A stretch of DNA of 64,000 nucleotides from Isurus oxyrinchus (taxonomy: Eukaryota). The position numbers were made by a program, and so were the translations under genes. The stretch spans positions 129,890,001 to 129,954,000 of the forward strand of contig JANJGN010000014.1 in NCBI GenBank assembly GCA_026770705.1. Direction: 5' to 3'. Shown piece by piece: positions 51,116-63,825 of the stretch. The stretch's first letter is position 1. Every line of letters starts with the position of its first letter. The notes below the pieces were generated by a model. That model was not told the DNA's origin and did no database searches. It was given only the letters and a program-made list of their open reading frames with translations.

Positions 51116-54100
51116 CGGATGAGTATATCATCTTTTCTTTTTGATTATCTTAGATACTCACAATCACTTGGTGAGGTACAGCACCAGATCTGATTTATCC
51201 TCATCACCAGTTTGTTATAGAATTGATCTTCCAGACAACTTTTCTTGGCGGACGCATTTAACTATATTTACAAGACAGGAGCAGCAACTACATGTGTGCA
51301 TCAAACTCTACAGCTAAAGAAGAACTCTTCCCCCAGAGGTTCTCCACTCTGCTAACCCATTGGTTTACAGAGACCATGTGATCTTACAACACAGATTTAT
51401 TCTTAAAGCTACAGTCCTATGTTTATCAAAATTATAATTACTATAACTACGTAAAGTATTAAAACTTTACAGTACCCCACTGGAGAGTTACATTGTACAC
51501 TAATGTTTTCAAGTAAATTATTTTTTAATGTTTAAAACTTTTAAAAGATGCCTATTAGTGGCTATCACTCATATTGCAGGGGTGGCACAGACAAGTTGTC
51601 TAGCCATTTTTGTTAGGCGGGGCAAGTATAATTGGGGAAATGCATGTTGGAGATGGGAGAGGAGGAGAGCAAAAAAAAACAGGACAAACTTCTTAATGAC
51701 CATGAACATTCTTCTACTTTGCTCCTTTATTTTGATTTTTTAGAACTTGCTTGAGCAAAGTGGACCATATTAGAGAAACTGACTCGAAGAAATGGCTGAG
51801 CCTTAGGAGCATAAGTTGTTATGACTTGCATCCATAAACTTACATACAACAAGTCCCACATACACTCAAATTCAGAATAGTGAAGGCGGCGAACGCGGTA
51901 AAAACAAAATGTTGAGATGTTAAGTTGGTCAAAATGGTTTGATTTTATTCGCTTCTCTTGAAAAAGGGGGTTCCATTTAGAACCCTTTGCCTTTGTTTCT
52001 GGTGTTGTAGCCACTAGTGGGATGGTAGCCCAGTGGTTACGTAACTGGACTAGTAACCCAGCGGCCTGGGTTTAATGATTTAGATCCAGAGACATGAGTT
52101 CAAATCCCACCATAGCAATTTTAGTTTTAAATTCAGTTAATTTAATAGATCTGAAATTTAAAAAACAGGACTCACGCTATGTTGTAAAAATCCATCTGGT
52201 TTACTAATGGCATTTAGGGAAGGAAAACTGCCATCCTCACCCGATGTGACCTATATATGACTCTGGACCCACAGAAATGTGGTTGACTTTTAAGTGAAAT
52301 AGTTTAGCAAGCCAGGCAGTTGTCAAGAAGCTGGCTCGCTATCACTTTCTCCAACTAGTTGGATAATAAACGCTGGTCTTGCCGGTGATGTGTCCATATT
52401 GTAAACTAATTTAAAACCTATCAGGTTCTGAGGTACATTCCCAGCTGATCCCCTGTGGGTATTTTAATCAGCTGACTTCTGTGGAAACCATGCATTAGTT
52501 GTTAGAGACAGGAGTCAAATTCACCACAAAGAACACATGCAAATCTTGCTCAGCTAAGAATATTTCTGTCTAACACTTGTCCTGTTGTATTCTGATTTAG
52601 GCAATTATATCTATTATATCTTATCCCTTTTCCAGCCTGTATGTAAATGGCACCTGCTTTGTTATGATAATATTAATATGGGTATCTCTCTGAGTAACGT
52701 ATTGTCTGAGGAACGTTGTAAAAATCCAACCCTGCTGGAAACTACTGTGCTTTGTGTGTGTTTGCCTCTAGAAATCATTAGATTTTGCAGTTAGAGGAGA
52801 ACTGGAGAGAATGAGAGCGAACACAGATGACAGGAAACACCACACGAAGGATGTACCACAGTCTCATTTCAAAAGAAAAATGGTGTCTGAATTCTTCAGT
52901 CTCTTTTTTTCTCTTCTAATCCCATAAAGTGTTATCATTTAATATATTTTTCCTTCCCCCCCCACCCCCCCCCCCCCACCTACATTTTCACTTAACATTT
53001 GTCACTCCATCTAATTTCCTACTAAAGCAAAGTACTGCATATGGTAGAAATCTGAAATAAAAGCAGGAAATGCTGGAAGCGCTCACCAGGTTTAACACCA
53101 TATGTGGAGATAAATTCAGGTAACATTTCAGGTGGTTAACCCATCTCTCTCTCTCTCCCTCCCTCCCTCCCTCCCTGCCCCCAATCTCTCTCTCTCTCTC
53201 TCTCTCTTTCCCCCCCCACCCTCCCCCTTTAAGATACTCCTTAAAACAGATCATCACCTCACCTGCTTAATATCTCCTCAGTGTCAAATTTTGTTTCACT
53301 CCTGTGAAGTGGCGTGGAATGTTTTATCTATGTTAAAAGCGCTATATAAATGCAAGTTGTTGTTGCTGTGATCTAATCTTATGTGTGCATGCACTCCCCG
53401 TCAACTTTTATCCATGCCCAATTTAAGAAGGGGGACCACCACCCCACCCTTATTAGGGATGGGCAATAAAAGTGCTGGCCTAGACAGCGATACCCACATC
53501 CCGTGAAAGAATAAAAATAACCTTCCCCATTTTACACCCACCACCAAACCTCCTCCACCTCTGACCCCCAGTGAGATGCTGCAGCATTACTACTGACTGG
53601 CGAGTATTCTTTTTTCATTCTCTAAAGTCTGTCTTTGCACAAAGGTTCAGATTGAATGGGGTGGCCAGGAGGCTGCTCAATGGTGTAATGAGAAGAGGGT
53701 GAGATTGGGTTAACCATATGGGAGAGGTGGGGAGAGACCAGAACATTGATATGACCTACCCTCATAACCTCCCGAAACACTTCACAAGCAATGGATTATA
53801 ATGACACCTGAAGTGAAATTGGTGGACATGGCAGTCAATCAACATAAATAGTAAAAGAGACGAATGATCACATAATTTCTTTCTGTCAATATTGGTTTAG
53901 GGGAGAATGTTGACCAGGACACAATGAACTCTCCCCTTTAAATGGTGCCCAGAGCTCTCTAACCTAGCAAATAGGAATGTTGTTTAATACCTCTGCAACA
54001 TTAGGGCATCATCAACAACACAGCAGTCATTTGAAAACAGCCCGGAGAGCCTAGATTACATTCTCAAGTCCTGGAATGGGACTTGAACCCATAACCTTCA

Positions 54101-54313
54101 CATTGAAAAAGTGTACCAAACGGTGAGACTGATGCATATGGACAAGAGAGCTTTCTTTATCCAGATGTATCTTTTGGGGCGGTGGGGGGGACTAGAGTTC
54201 TGACAGCAGATTTGTCAAGATCTTAATGATCATCGTGTTGGCTCCTCTAAACTGGCCATAGGCTCCCGTAATGATATTTAAGTGGACTGATTCTCTGTTG
54301 TGCTTTATTGCAG

Positions 54314-54379
54314 AAACTCCTCCTGCAGGAGACACAACTGTGAGTGACAGCAGCGGAATGGATTCTGCACTCATTGGAG
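54314..54379 (+). CDS. GYPC: Glycophorin C, penultimate coding exon (66 nt, phase 1-1), end of the extracellular region
   Basis: Acceptor tgctttattgcag| and donor GAG|gtaagg. Translates (E)TPPAGDTTVSDSSGMDSALIG-G, Ser/Thr-rich. Joins in frame to the last exon giving MDSALIGGIIAAV, compared with recalled human GYPC MDIVVIAGVIAAV. Confidence 0.88.
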
Positions 54380-56634
54380 GTAAGGCACTCACCTTCAAAG
54401 TTCATTGGCCAACAGGAAGTCAGCTCATTTTAAGACAAATAAGTCCATAATGTTTTAGGAGTTACTCTGAGCTTTGTGTTTTATTATGGCTCCCATGTCA
54501 CATTGTGGATACCCTGAAGAAACTACAAAGTGCGGCTTAGGTAATGAAGTGAGAAAAGAGAAGCTATTTACGCAAACTGTGAGCTTTTACAATTGAGGTC
54601 CAAGGCAAATCCTACTGAGGCATTCCAGGTCCTATGGAGAGCTTGGATCTGAGCCCTCATGGAGTGGACCCCAAGTACAAGCACCTCACCCCCAAGTGGT
54701 ATAGTGAGCAGCATATGATGTCTACGTGTACCATATTCTACTGACCACAACATGGCCAGGAAGAGGTCAGCTGGTTCACCCTGCTTACCCAGTACCGACA
54801 TGCTGCACACCCCATGACCCCACCCCTCCTTCTCTTGGGAGAGGCAAAGAAAAATTAGGCCAATTTAGGAAAGGAAAACTGGAAATCTCCTCTCTGATCC
54901 CTGAAGCTAATCCATCCAGTTCCAGGAAACCACTGTAGATGAAGACACAACTCCCAATGTTCACTGATTTCTGTCCACAACCTGGAACTCATCCACCTGA
55001 AATTTGGAAGATTATAATGAATGCCATGCACAATATTTAACCTCACACCTGAGGGATGGTTGTGTTGGGGGAAGAGGTGCTGAGAATTAGCAGTAGAATG
55101 TAGTCCAGTATGAACTAGTGTTTGAACAAGAGGGAAAGAAAATAATGCTGGCTGCACTTAATGAAAAGAAAACATAGAAACCATTCTACTCTTTCTATTA
55201 TGATTTTTTAAAAAAAAACCTGGATAGGCAGCAAAATTATTTCCGCATTGAGCAGAATCCTGCTCAGATAGATGATTTTGAGATTGCAGAGTGACCAAGG
55301 CATGAGAGAACGATGCCTCTGACAATAAGCCTGATGACAGAGGAGGAAGTATTGGACAGAAAGCAGGATGGCAGGCAGCGAGTTAAGAATGAATTCAATG
55401 ATGTAACTCTGGCTCGCGAATCATCAGAGAATTGAATTTATAACCTTGGTTTATCTGCCAGTAGGATGTTTGGTGCAAAGCCCAACAGCTTCAAGCCTCC
55501 GTCCTTTGTGTTTTGGACGGTAGGTAAGCAGGGTGCAGGTTAAGTGCTGGAGGCAGCATGATGTAAGTGACAAATCCAACAGTGACTGCATAGAATCACC
55601 TGTGCTTTCAGTAATGTTCCCCTTTATTGTTGAACTATAACTAATGCCTTAAATTGAATTGCAAGATGATTTGCATATTCCTGTGACTGGTAAAAAAAAA
55701 ATTCCACTCTCTATGATCTGTCTGTTACTCTCTCTGTCTTGCTCTTGTGATCTTTTCTTGCTCTGTCCCTCTTGTCCATTACCCAAATCAATGAAATCCG
55801 ACACTTGTTAGGTCGTGTATAATTTCTAATCCATTTAATTGTTCAAGTCTCTGATTTCGTAAAATAGTAAATAAATTTCATAAAAACCCTCTTATAAATC
55901 TCCCTCTCTCTCTCGTCTTTGTTTGTGTGTCTCTCTCTTTCTATCTAACTTAATCTCTCTGACTGCCTGTGTCTTTCTCTGACTGTCCATTCTTGCTCTT
56001 TTTCAAACAATCTGCTAGATTTTATGGTGCCTCAGGGTCAGGCAGGCAGGCAGGAGTCAATTAATGGTTACTCAAGGGCCTCCTCCTGCTGCCACTGGGG
56101 CCTAATCCATGGCGGAGAGGCCCACACCCAAGGGTGCAACTTGGCAGTTATCACTGGTCAGGTTGGTAGCTGGTGAAAAGTGGGAGATGGGTTCCTCCTT
56201 TAAAGGCCCCCTGTGCCCATTGGAAGCAAACCCTGACATATTCACCCTGGTGCCCCACCATCCTCCGCAAGGCCTACCAGCCTGCAAGATCCAGCCTTAC
56301 CTTACAGGTTGGGCCCCATTGCTCCATTCTTTCTCTGGACTGGTTGCAGTCTCAGCAGTGGCCCAATGGCACTGCTAGAACCAGAGAGGTGCCAGTCATT
56401 TGATTGATTGAAAGCTCTCAGAAGTGAGACCTCCTCCACAGAAAGGGGCCGGGGAAAGTCCAGCCTCAAGAAAATTAACAACCTAATCATCATTTAAATA
56501 CCTATGAGGTGAGATGAGCTGGCCAAGCAGAGGCAGACTCACCCCTGACTTTTACATCAAGGGGCAGGAACTCTTCCCATTTCTAATTGCCTCTCCTCAC
56601 CCAACACCCCCCACACTCCCCTCTACCCACCGGA

Positions 56635-57032
56635 GCAAAATATTGTGGGTGCTGGAAATCGGAAATAGAAACAGAAAATGCTGAAAGTACTCAGCATGTC
56701 TGGCAGCACCAGTGGAGCGAGAAATAGAGCTAATGTTTCAGGCCAAATGGCCAATCATCAGAACTCCTAGAAGGACACAAACTTGAAGTGGAACCTGAAG
56801 AAGCCACATTGGACTCAGAGAGAGGAACAGAGTTAACGTTTTGAGACCAGTATGACTCTTCATCGGGTTCTGTTTTCAGTCTGTGTCCTTGTAGCAGTTC
56901 TGATGAAAGGCCATTGACCTGAAACATTAACTCTGTTCCTCTCTCCACAGGTACTGCCTGACCCGCTGAGCTCCTCCAGCAACTTTCTGTTTTTATTTCG
57001 AATCTCCAGCCTCCTCAGTATTTTGCTTTTAT
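56635..57032. mobile_element. Penelope-like inverted terminal cluster
   Basis: Opposed copies of the gctggaaatc..ctcagca..aatgtttcagg / cctgaaacattaactctg..ctgag unit. Confidence 0.7.
56896..56932 (+). ncRNA. Minimal Penelope-type hammerhead ribozyme motif, possibly decayed
   Basis: AGTT-CTGATGA-A-AGG(ccattga)CCT-GAAAC-ATT-AACT: stem I AGUU/AACU, core CUGAUGA and GAAA. The stem III palindrome ACGU reads ACAU. Confidence 0.55.
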
Positions 57033-57734
57033 TTTGGGTTAAAAGTAAACCCAAACTCTCTTTGCACTCTCTGAGATCAGATCCATTCCAATGCAGCTCA
57101 GTGGCATCTGGATTGAATAAATGTAGGCATGCTGCTGAGAAGATACTTAGAACTGTCATCTTTTCACAAGATTACACAGTGTTTTTGAAGGGAAAGGAAC
57201 AAAAACATTCTTGTTTTATTTTATTTTAATAAATGTGTATTTGCTATTTCTTTATGGGAGCTGTCTACTGAAGACCCATGAAGTGAGAGAAGAGACATCT
57301 GTAACCGTTTAATGTTTCTCTCTGGCTGATCGTATTGCTTACTGGCTTTTTCTTTTCTGTCTGATTTGTCTTCCTTCCCCTCCCTGAAATAGCTGATTCT
57401 TTGTGAGGTGTGGTCTCAGAGCCAACAGCTTCCCCCCCCCCCACTGATAATTTCTCCAAGGGTTTGTTACTGATATGTGAGTTTTGACCATTGTCCGTTG
57501 GACAGGGAATAGATGAATATCCATTGAACCAAGTCCTGTTTCTCACCAAGTGTGCATGCTCACACTATTTCACTGGATAGCATGCAAGATGTTTATCCAG
57601 TTTGGACACGCTCCTGTGAGAATAATGCCAGGGTCGTTGGTGAGTTCACAGAAGAGAATGTGAAGATGTTTTCATTAAAACAGGAAATGTCAAGAGGTGA
57701 TCTGACTGAGTTATTGAACCTTGGTGGGAATGCA

Positions 57735-58260
57735 TTGGTGGGAATGCATTGGAGGACTATGCACAGTTCAGGTCCCCATATTATAAAAAAAAAGGATATT
57801 GAGATGCTAAAGAAAATGGAGAAACCAAAAAGGCTGATAATGGAAGTAAAGGTATACTTATCCAGAAAGGGCTGAACAGGCTGGGCTTTTTTCCTCCAGA
57901 AAAAGAAATGCTAAGGGGTGACTTGATCGAGGACTTCAAAATTATCGAAGGTTTTGACAGGGTAGAAGGAGAGATGTTGTTTCCACTTGTGGGGAAACCG
58001 AAAACAGGAGCCATAAAATGGAAGATGGGCACTAATAAATCCAATAAGGATTACAAGAGAAACTTCGTCACCCAGAGGGTAGTAAGAATATGGAGATGAA
58101 TAGCACACATGCATTTAAATGGAAGCTCAGTTAGCACATGAGGGAGAAAGTAACAGAAGGACATGCTGATATTTAGATAAAAGGTGGGGTGGTATTAGGG
58201 TCGTGTGGGTCATAGACCAGTTGGGCCAAATAACCTGTTCATGCTGCAGACCTGATGTAA
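57735..58260 (+). mobile_element. CR1 LINE 3' fragment
   Basis: LRGDLIEDFKIIEGFDRV..RNFVTQRVVRIW. Confidence 0.8.
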
Positions 58261-59574
58261 AATTATGAATGGTTTTGATAAGGCAATAGGTAAAAAAAAA
58301 AAATTCCAGTAGAGGCCATAAATTCAAATCATAAAAAAGAATAGAGGAAGATGCTCACAAAATCATGTAGTACAGTGGGAGATCATTCAGCCCATCATGC
58401 CCATGTCAGCTCTTTGAAAGAGCTATCTACTTAGTGCTGCTTTCCCTCCCCCCACCCCCACCTTCCTCACCTCCACTCTTTCCCTGTAGCCTAGAATTTT
58501 TTGTTTTCCTTTTCAAGTATTTATCCAATTCCATTCTTTAAAGTTCTTAATGAATATACTTCTATAACCTTTTCAGTGCATTCCAGACCACTATAAAGTT
58601 AGGGGATTTCCTGTTCAGCTGATTGTTGGAACATGGAATTCTCTTAACCAGAAATAATAGAACCAGTAGTAACTTTTGAAAGAACAAAAAAACAAAATGA
58701 CTACGCGTTAGTCCTAAGTAGCTAGCTTGCTCATAAAGCTAGCACTGGCATGATGGACATAGTGGCCTCATGTGCTGTAAAATTCCATGATTCTAGGAGT
58801 GGAAGGCTGTCTGAATTTACCTTGAGTGACTTGAGTTAACTGGGGCCACTAACTGAGATTTGCTGATCTCAGGCCCTGAATTGAGCTTGCGCCTATCCCA
58901 GCCTCTGCCTGACTCCTCCAGAGATAGCAATGTTCACTTTGTTAAAGTAGCATTGCTTTGTGGTGTTCTCCATTTTGTGGAGAATTTCTGAACCTTGTTG
59001 GTTTAAATAAATACCTCCCGCCATCCCTCACACCATGAAGGAAAGCTCTTTGTGACAAAACTTTATTTATATAAAAGGAAAATTGTTAATGATTGAGAGA
59101 GGATGATCATTTTGAAACCAAAAAGTTTTAGTAATTGAATCATTCTAGCTTATGCATTCCATATAAATTTTCAGTTCTGCTTTTGAGGTCGACCCTGTGA
59201 GTAGAAATGAAAGGTGTTACAGTTTCCTAATGTTATCATAGTGCCTTAAAATACTGCCGAAGAGAAGATTCTAACTTGCTTGCATCAAGTCCTAGTTCAT
59301 CTTCCTTATCTTTCGTCCCGTACTGTCACTTTCAGATGAGCCATTTGGAATAGTGCAAGGTCGTTGTCCCATCAAATGATTTCAGACAACATAAATCCAG
59401 TGCATTGATTCAATATCAATGAGGAATCAGAGGTTGGAAGTTGATGCAAGTAAATTTAAACCGACATGAGGAAAAAAAACTTCCTTACTCAAGTGTTCTA
59501 AATTTTGGGGATAATCAGCCAGCAATGAAAAGAATAATAATATTGAATTCAACAGCTTCCGACCATGAACACTC

Positions 59575-60102
59575 TCCTCCACTTTTACCCCTTTTTTAAT
59601 CCAATTTTTTACTTGTTTGTTTATTTACCAATTTGTTTATTTATCTAATTTATTTATTTCTTTATTATCCCTATTTTTTATCCTTTTCCCCCAACCCCAT
59701 CGCCCACAGGGCCATATGTCACTTGTGCTTTCACAGAGCGCTGACCCTTGTTCTTCTATTAACATATTCTGCTATCTTACCTTTATGTCACTATCTGCAC
59801 CTTCTTTAGTCTTTCTCACTACCATTAACACTCCCTTTGTCTTGTGTCCATGAGATCTTTGTCAATCTCTCCTGAGCTCCCACCTATCGCTGACCTTCCA
59901 TTTTGCTCCACCTACTCCACCGCCTCTTAAACAGTATAAAATTTATCACATTTCTACTTCTCTTTAGCTATGCAGAAGAGTCATACAGACTCGAAACATT
60001 AACTCTGTTTCTCTCTCCATAGATGCTGCCAGACCTGCTGAGTGTTTCCAGTATTTTCTGTTTTTATTTCTGATTTCCAGCATCTGCAGTATTTTGCTTT
60101 TA
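59575..60102 (+). mobile_element. Penelope-like terminal fragment
   Basis: Ends gaagagtcatacagactcgaaacattaactctg..gatgctgccagacctgctgag..ttttgctttt. Confidence 0.65.
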
Positions 60103-61471
60103 TCTTAGCATAAAAATATCAAGGTTATTGCAGTGATGGGAAGGTTGAGGAACCATTGTGGCAACAGTGGCATATCCTAACGCTAAAGCAGAAAAATTGC
60201 TGCAAAGGTGCCACAATTGTTAGCCTCACTGTAGTTTACAATGACAGAGAGTTTTTGGTGGGTCGAGACAAATTTATTTGGAATAAGCAAGTCTGATGGT
60301 GATTATTTTCCAAGACTGTAATTCAATCAAGTGATTTGAAAGAACATTGTATGTGGCCACAATCGAGCCAGACCGTACACACAACACCAGCGGGACCCTA
60401 AAATTAAATTACTGGTTTATGGTCACTACCAAGATAACTGTTTTTGTCTTCAGTTTTCATCTATTACAACACTGGAGCCAACAGTAACGCTTTTCCCAAA
60501 AGGAGGTTTCACAAATCAGAGTTGGTCATTGCAAGGTTTTTATTCAGACCCTAAAGGATTTTCCATTTCTTTATTCCCTCCCAGTACCTCAATCCAGTTA
60601 ATTTTTTGACACTTGCAACAGCAAAGAGCCAAGTTTTTAATCCTACACAATCTTTTTGAAAACTTAGCAACATGTTCATTCAGTGCATCTTGAAGGTGAG
60701 AGGGCAATTTATTGCTTTCGTTAAATATGTAGCTCAAACTGCCAAGCCCCGGGAGGTTTTTATTATCATGGCCCCTGTTTATTTGAGATAGTGGTCAAAT
60801 ATGATTTTTTTGGCTCTAATATTGTTCAAGAAGCACATTATTTGTTGTACAGTTCATCTGACACCAAGTATTGGCTGAGTTGCAATTTCCTTTTAGCACA
60901 TTGAGAAGACTAAAGGCACTGAGCTGATTTTGAGCCTTCACCAGGCCAGGAACAGAGGTGGCTAAAAATAGCACTCTCCACTGGCATGCCCATTCCCTGG
61001 ATCCATCCCATCCCCAGGTCTTTTTCCCAGAGGTGAGATGGGGTCTGGGTGCTGGTGGCAGGGCTACTGTCCTGCACATGGCAGGTAGCCAATTAGGCTT
61101 TTAACGGGCATCTAAGGGTAACTGAAGGAGGTGAATTGTGATTTTTCTTTGTTTCCAAAACGCAGGTGACAGATCTAGTGTAAACACTCTTGGCAAACCT
61201 AGAGGCCCCCTCTCTTCAAGAATTTATTTCATTCCCTTTTGAAAATGGCCATTCAATCTTCTACTACTGCCTTTTCAGGCATTACATTCTAGGTCATCGT
61301 AATCGCTGTGTTAAATGAATGCCTTCCCCTTTTGTTCTTTTGTTGGTTTTACATGTTATGCCAGCGCACTAATGTGTAGGAAATATGTTGTAACTCTTCA
61401 GCGCTGACCCAGTTATGAATGTTCTTCTGCACTTGCCTTCGAGACACTTAAATTCTCCATTTTACCAACAG

Positions 61472-61668
61472 GCATTATAGCTGCGGTGATATTTGTGGTC
61501 ATTTGCCTTCTTGTGGTTCTAATCCGCTACCTGTACAGGCACAAAGGCACATATCACACCAACGAGGCCAAAGGCACAGAGTTTGCAGAGAATGCAGATG
61601 CTGCTTTGAAAAATGACCCCAACTTCCAAGACGCAGTGGATGAAAGCAAGAAAGAATATTTCATCTGA
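61472..61668 (+). CDS. GYPC: Glycophorin C, last coding exon (TM helix, band 4.1-binding motif, PDZ-binding C-terminus)
   Basis: Acceptor ttttaccaacag|GC. Translates [65 protein letters not shown], closely matching the recalled GYPC C-terminus [24 protein letters not shown]...KEYFI. Confidence 0.95.
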
Positions 61669-63825
61669 CAACTGGTGGTCCTGTTAGTTAGTGGCACATC
61701 GGTAACACTATAGCCAGGACTTGCCGTTCACAGACAGGCCCCTGTGAGGGGAAAATTAACAAGTGGACAAATTAAATTTTAACTCCTCTCTTTCTGGGAG
61801 AAAGTCATGATGTTGGTGCTTTATTTTGCTAGTAAGACAGCATACTCTTGGAAAAGACATTTTTGTACATGCCTTCAATATTGTTTTTTATATTGTGTTT
61901 CCAAAGTACCACTAAAGTGCCAGTGTACAGACATGATACTAGGTGTAACCTGTTACATTTAGCAACCTGCTTTATGGATCTGTGAGAATAACCTAAATAT
62001 CTATGTACAAAACCACTAACAAAGGAGCCACTTGCAATGTGGCTGCAAAGCATAACATTTTTAAATAGTAAATGCTTTTTCTATGTATTCACACTTGGAC
62101 CAGATGTATCCTAAAAGATTGTATGACCATGCTTACTTAAATATTTACCAAACAAAAGTCCTCTGGTTCAGTGGGAACATGCACTATAGGCTGTGATACT
62201 GAGTAATGCAGACCAGGTAGTAAGGATTGAGGTTTCATCTCTGGTTGGTCGGCAGCACCAGATGATTTCCCCCCCATCATCCCAAAAGTGGAGGGGTGAA
62301 ATCAGCTGCTCCTGATCAACCTCCAACTCTAACCCCCACGTAAAGTGCACTTACACCAACATTTCAGTGGGGATGCAGCTTTAAGGCCATTGTGACAGAG
62401 CCTTCATGCTCCCAGCCTCAGTTTGCGTATATGAAGAACAGCCATTTAAGTCAGACACAGTCATGTTGGCACATGGAGTGAACTGACATACAAGTGTGTG
62501 TGTGGGGGGGGGGGGGGGTTGGGGGGGGCGTGCGGTGGGGTGCTATCCCCACCCTGGCAGTTTCTAACTGGTTACAATGAGAGAATACTAACATTGTCAC
62601 ACCACAGTAGTGACCTAATGAATCACAATGAAGGGCGTCAATCTATAAGTGATGTATCTTCACCCTATTCTATGTCACCTAGCCTTGATATAATAGAATG
62701 GATCTCATTTTAAACCCTTGTGTAAATATGCACTGAATTCCTTCTTTTTCCTGCGATATGCCCGAGTATGTGTAAGCATCGTAAACACTAGGAAAGTGAT
62801 GTTACCTATTTTTCAACCAATTTTTTAAAAAATTTCAATACTGTGCAAGTGTTTTAAGTCTTGGATTTCTATCAGAGCTTTCAGTATTTTACTGTGAATC
62901 TTGTGTTTTCCCTTTTTGCAACATGAAGGATATTGGATAATAGGATAGTTTTATTTTTCATTTTTTTATATGTAGTTATTCTCAACCTCTAGGTTGATGT
63001 GTCCGACATATTCCTGGAGGATTAATCTCATAACCCCCCTGCCTCCAACTATGTTTTATTTCCTCATCTCCCAATAAACAAAACATGCTGAAGGGCAATG
63101 ATTTTCTTCCTATTTTTCTCCTGAATTGCTTCCGACAGTGTCCAGGAGATAAATCTTCAATTCTTGGAGGTTTCAGAACAATGCTGGAGGGTCTGATTTC
63201 CCCACACCCGCTTCCCATGTCCTTGCCTCGAACCCCCCTTTGCTGTGTAGCAATTCCCATTTGGAAAACTGACATCTAATCCCGCTCTTCACTTCCTCTC
63301 CCTATCTTCCCTGAGAAATCTCACTGGAAACCAACATTGGAATCTCCAATTCAGGCCCCACACCTAACATATTGCACCAACAATGTTATACCCTTGGCAA
63401 TAGATTTTGAAATCGACTTTATTAAACAGAACTGTTTACCAACAAATGCTTACCATCAGGAATAAAGTCACTTCCTTTCTTCCTTTTTCATCAAAAAATT
63501 GTCTAGCTGCTCCTGGGCTAGAGTTAGACATCAGTGAGCATGTGCAGGAGAGGATGTATGCATATTCATAGTAAACGTACACATGATTTTTTTTTCTTTC
63601 AACCACTAGAAGTGAGCCCTGTGGCCAATGCTGAGTAGTATCTGTCCTCAACAGTAATCATGTAATAATGAGGCGTTAGGCACAATATACATTTATATGG
63701 AACCTGCAATAAATTTATTGTGTACTTCCAACTGGAATCAATTGCAAAAAGACAATAAAACCTCTCCTAAATAAATCTGGATTTGGTCTGATCATTTCCA
63801 TCTGGTTATTGATAGCGAATAAAAC
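61669..63825 (+). other. GYPC: Probable GYPC 3' UTR, end uncertain
   Basis: AT-rich sequence after the stop codon. Cluster of AATAAA hexamers at about 63708, 63754, 63770 and 63818, with earlier ones near 63072 and 63461. Confidence 0.45.

Larger units (their letters stand above)
48636..51445 (-). mobile_element. Non-autonomous Ty3/Gypsy LTR retrotransposon (element 2): gag-PR-[UACA-like cargo]-IN C-terminus
   Basis: LTRs 48636-48869 and 51213-51445. Exact 5-bp TSD actac (48631-35, 51446-50). PBS TGGTGATGAGG (tRNA-Ser type). PPT GGGGGAGGAA. gag MPQFGRIDPFEP..., zinc knuckle CYFCHRSGYILKHC, protease VQVNG..IDMGVS, integrase tail ELLMRHCLRTGLSLILPNL..RIRKPPERLNL*. Confidence 0.93.

Noticed and set aside
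1-54313. Upstream GYPC exon(s) with the start codon
   Set aside because: I found no convincing ATG or acceptor with a strong phase-1 donor by eye. They may lie upstream of the window or have been missed.
60434-60463. Possible micro-exon FSSITTLEPT in the last GYPC intron
   Set aside because: The Ser/Thr-rich reading is phase 0, incompatible with the phase-1 junctions, and the donor ACA|gtaacg is weak.
61486-61668. CNTNAP/Caspr, CADM or syndecan as the identity of the last exon
   Set aside because: They share 4.1-binding or EYFI-like ends, but the [25 protein letters not shown] spacing and the short Ser/Thr-rich upstream exon fit GYPC.
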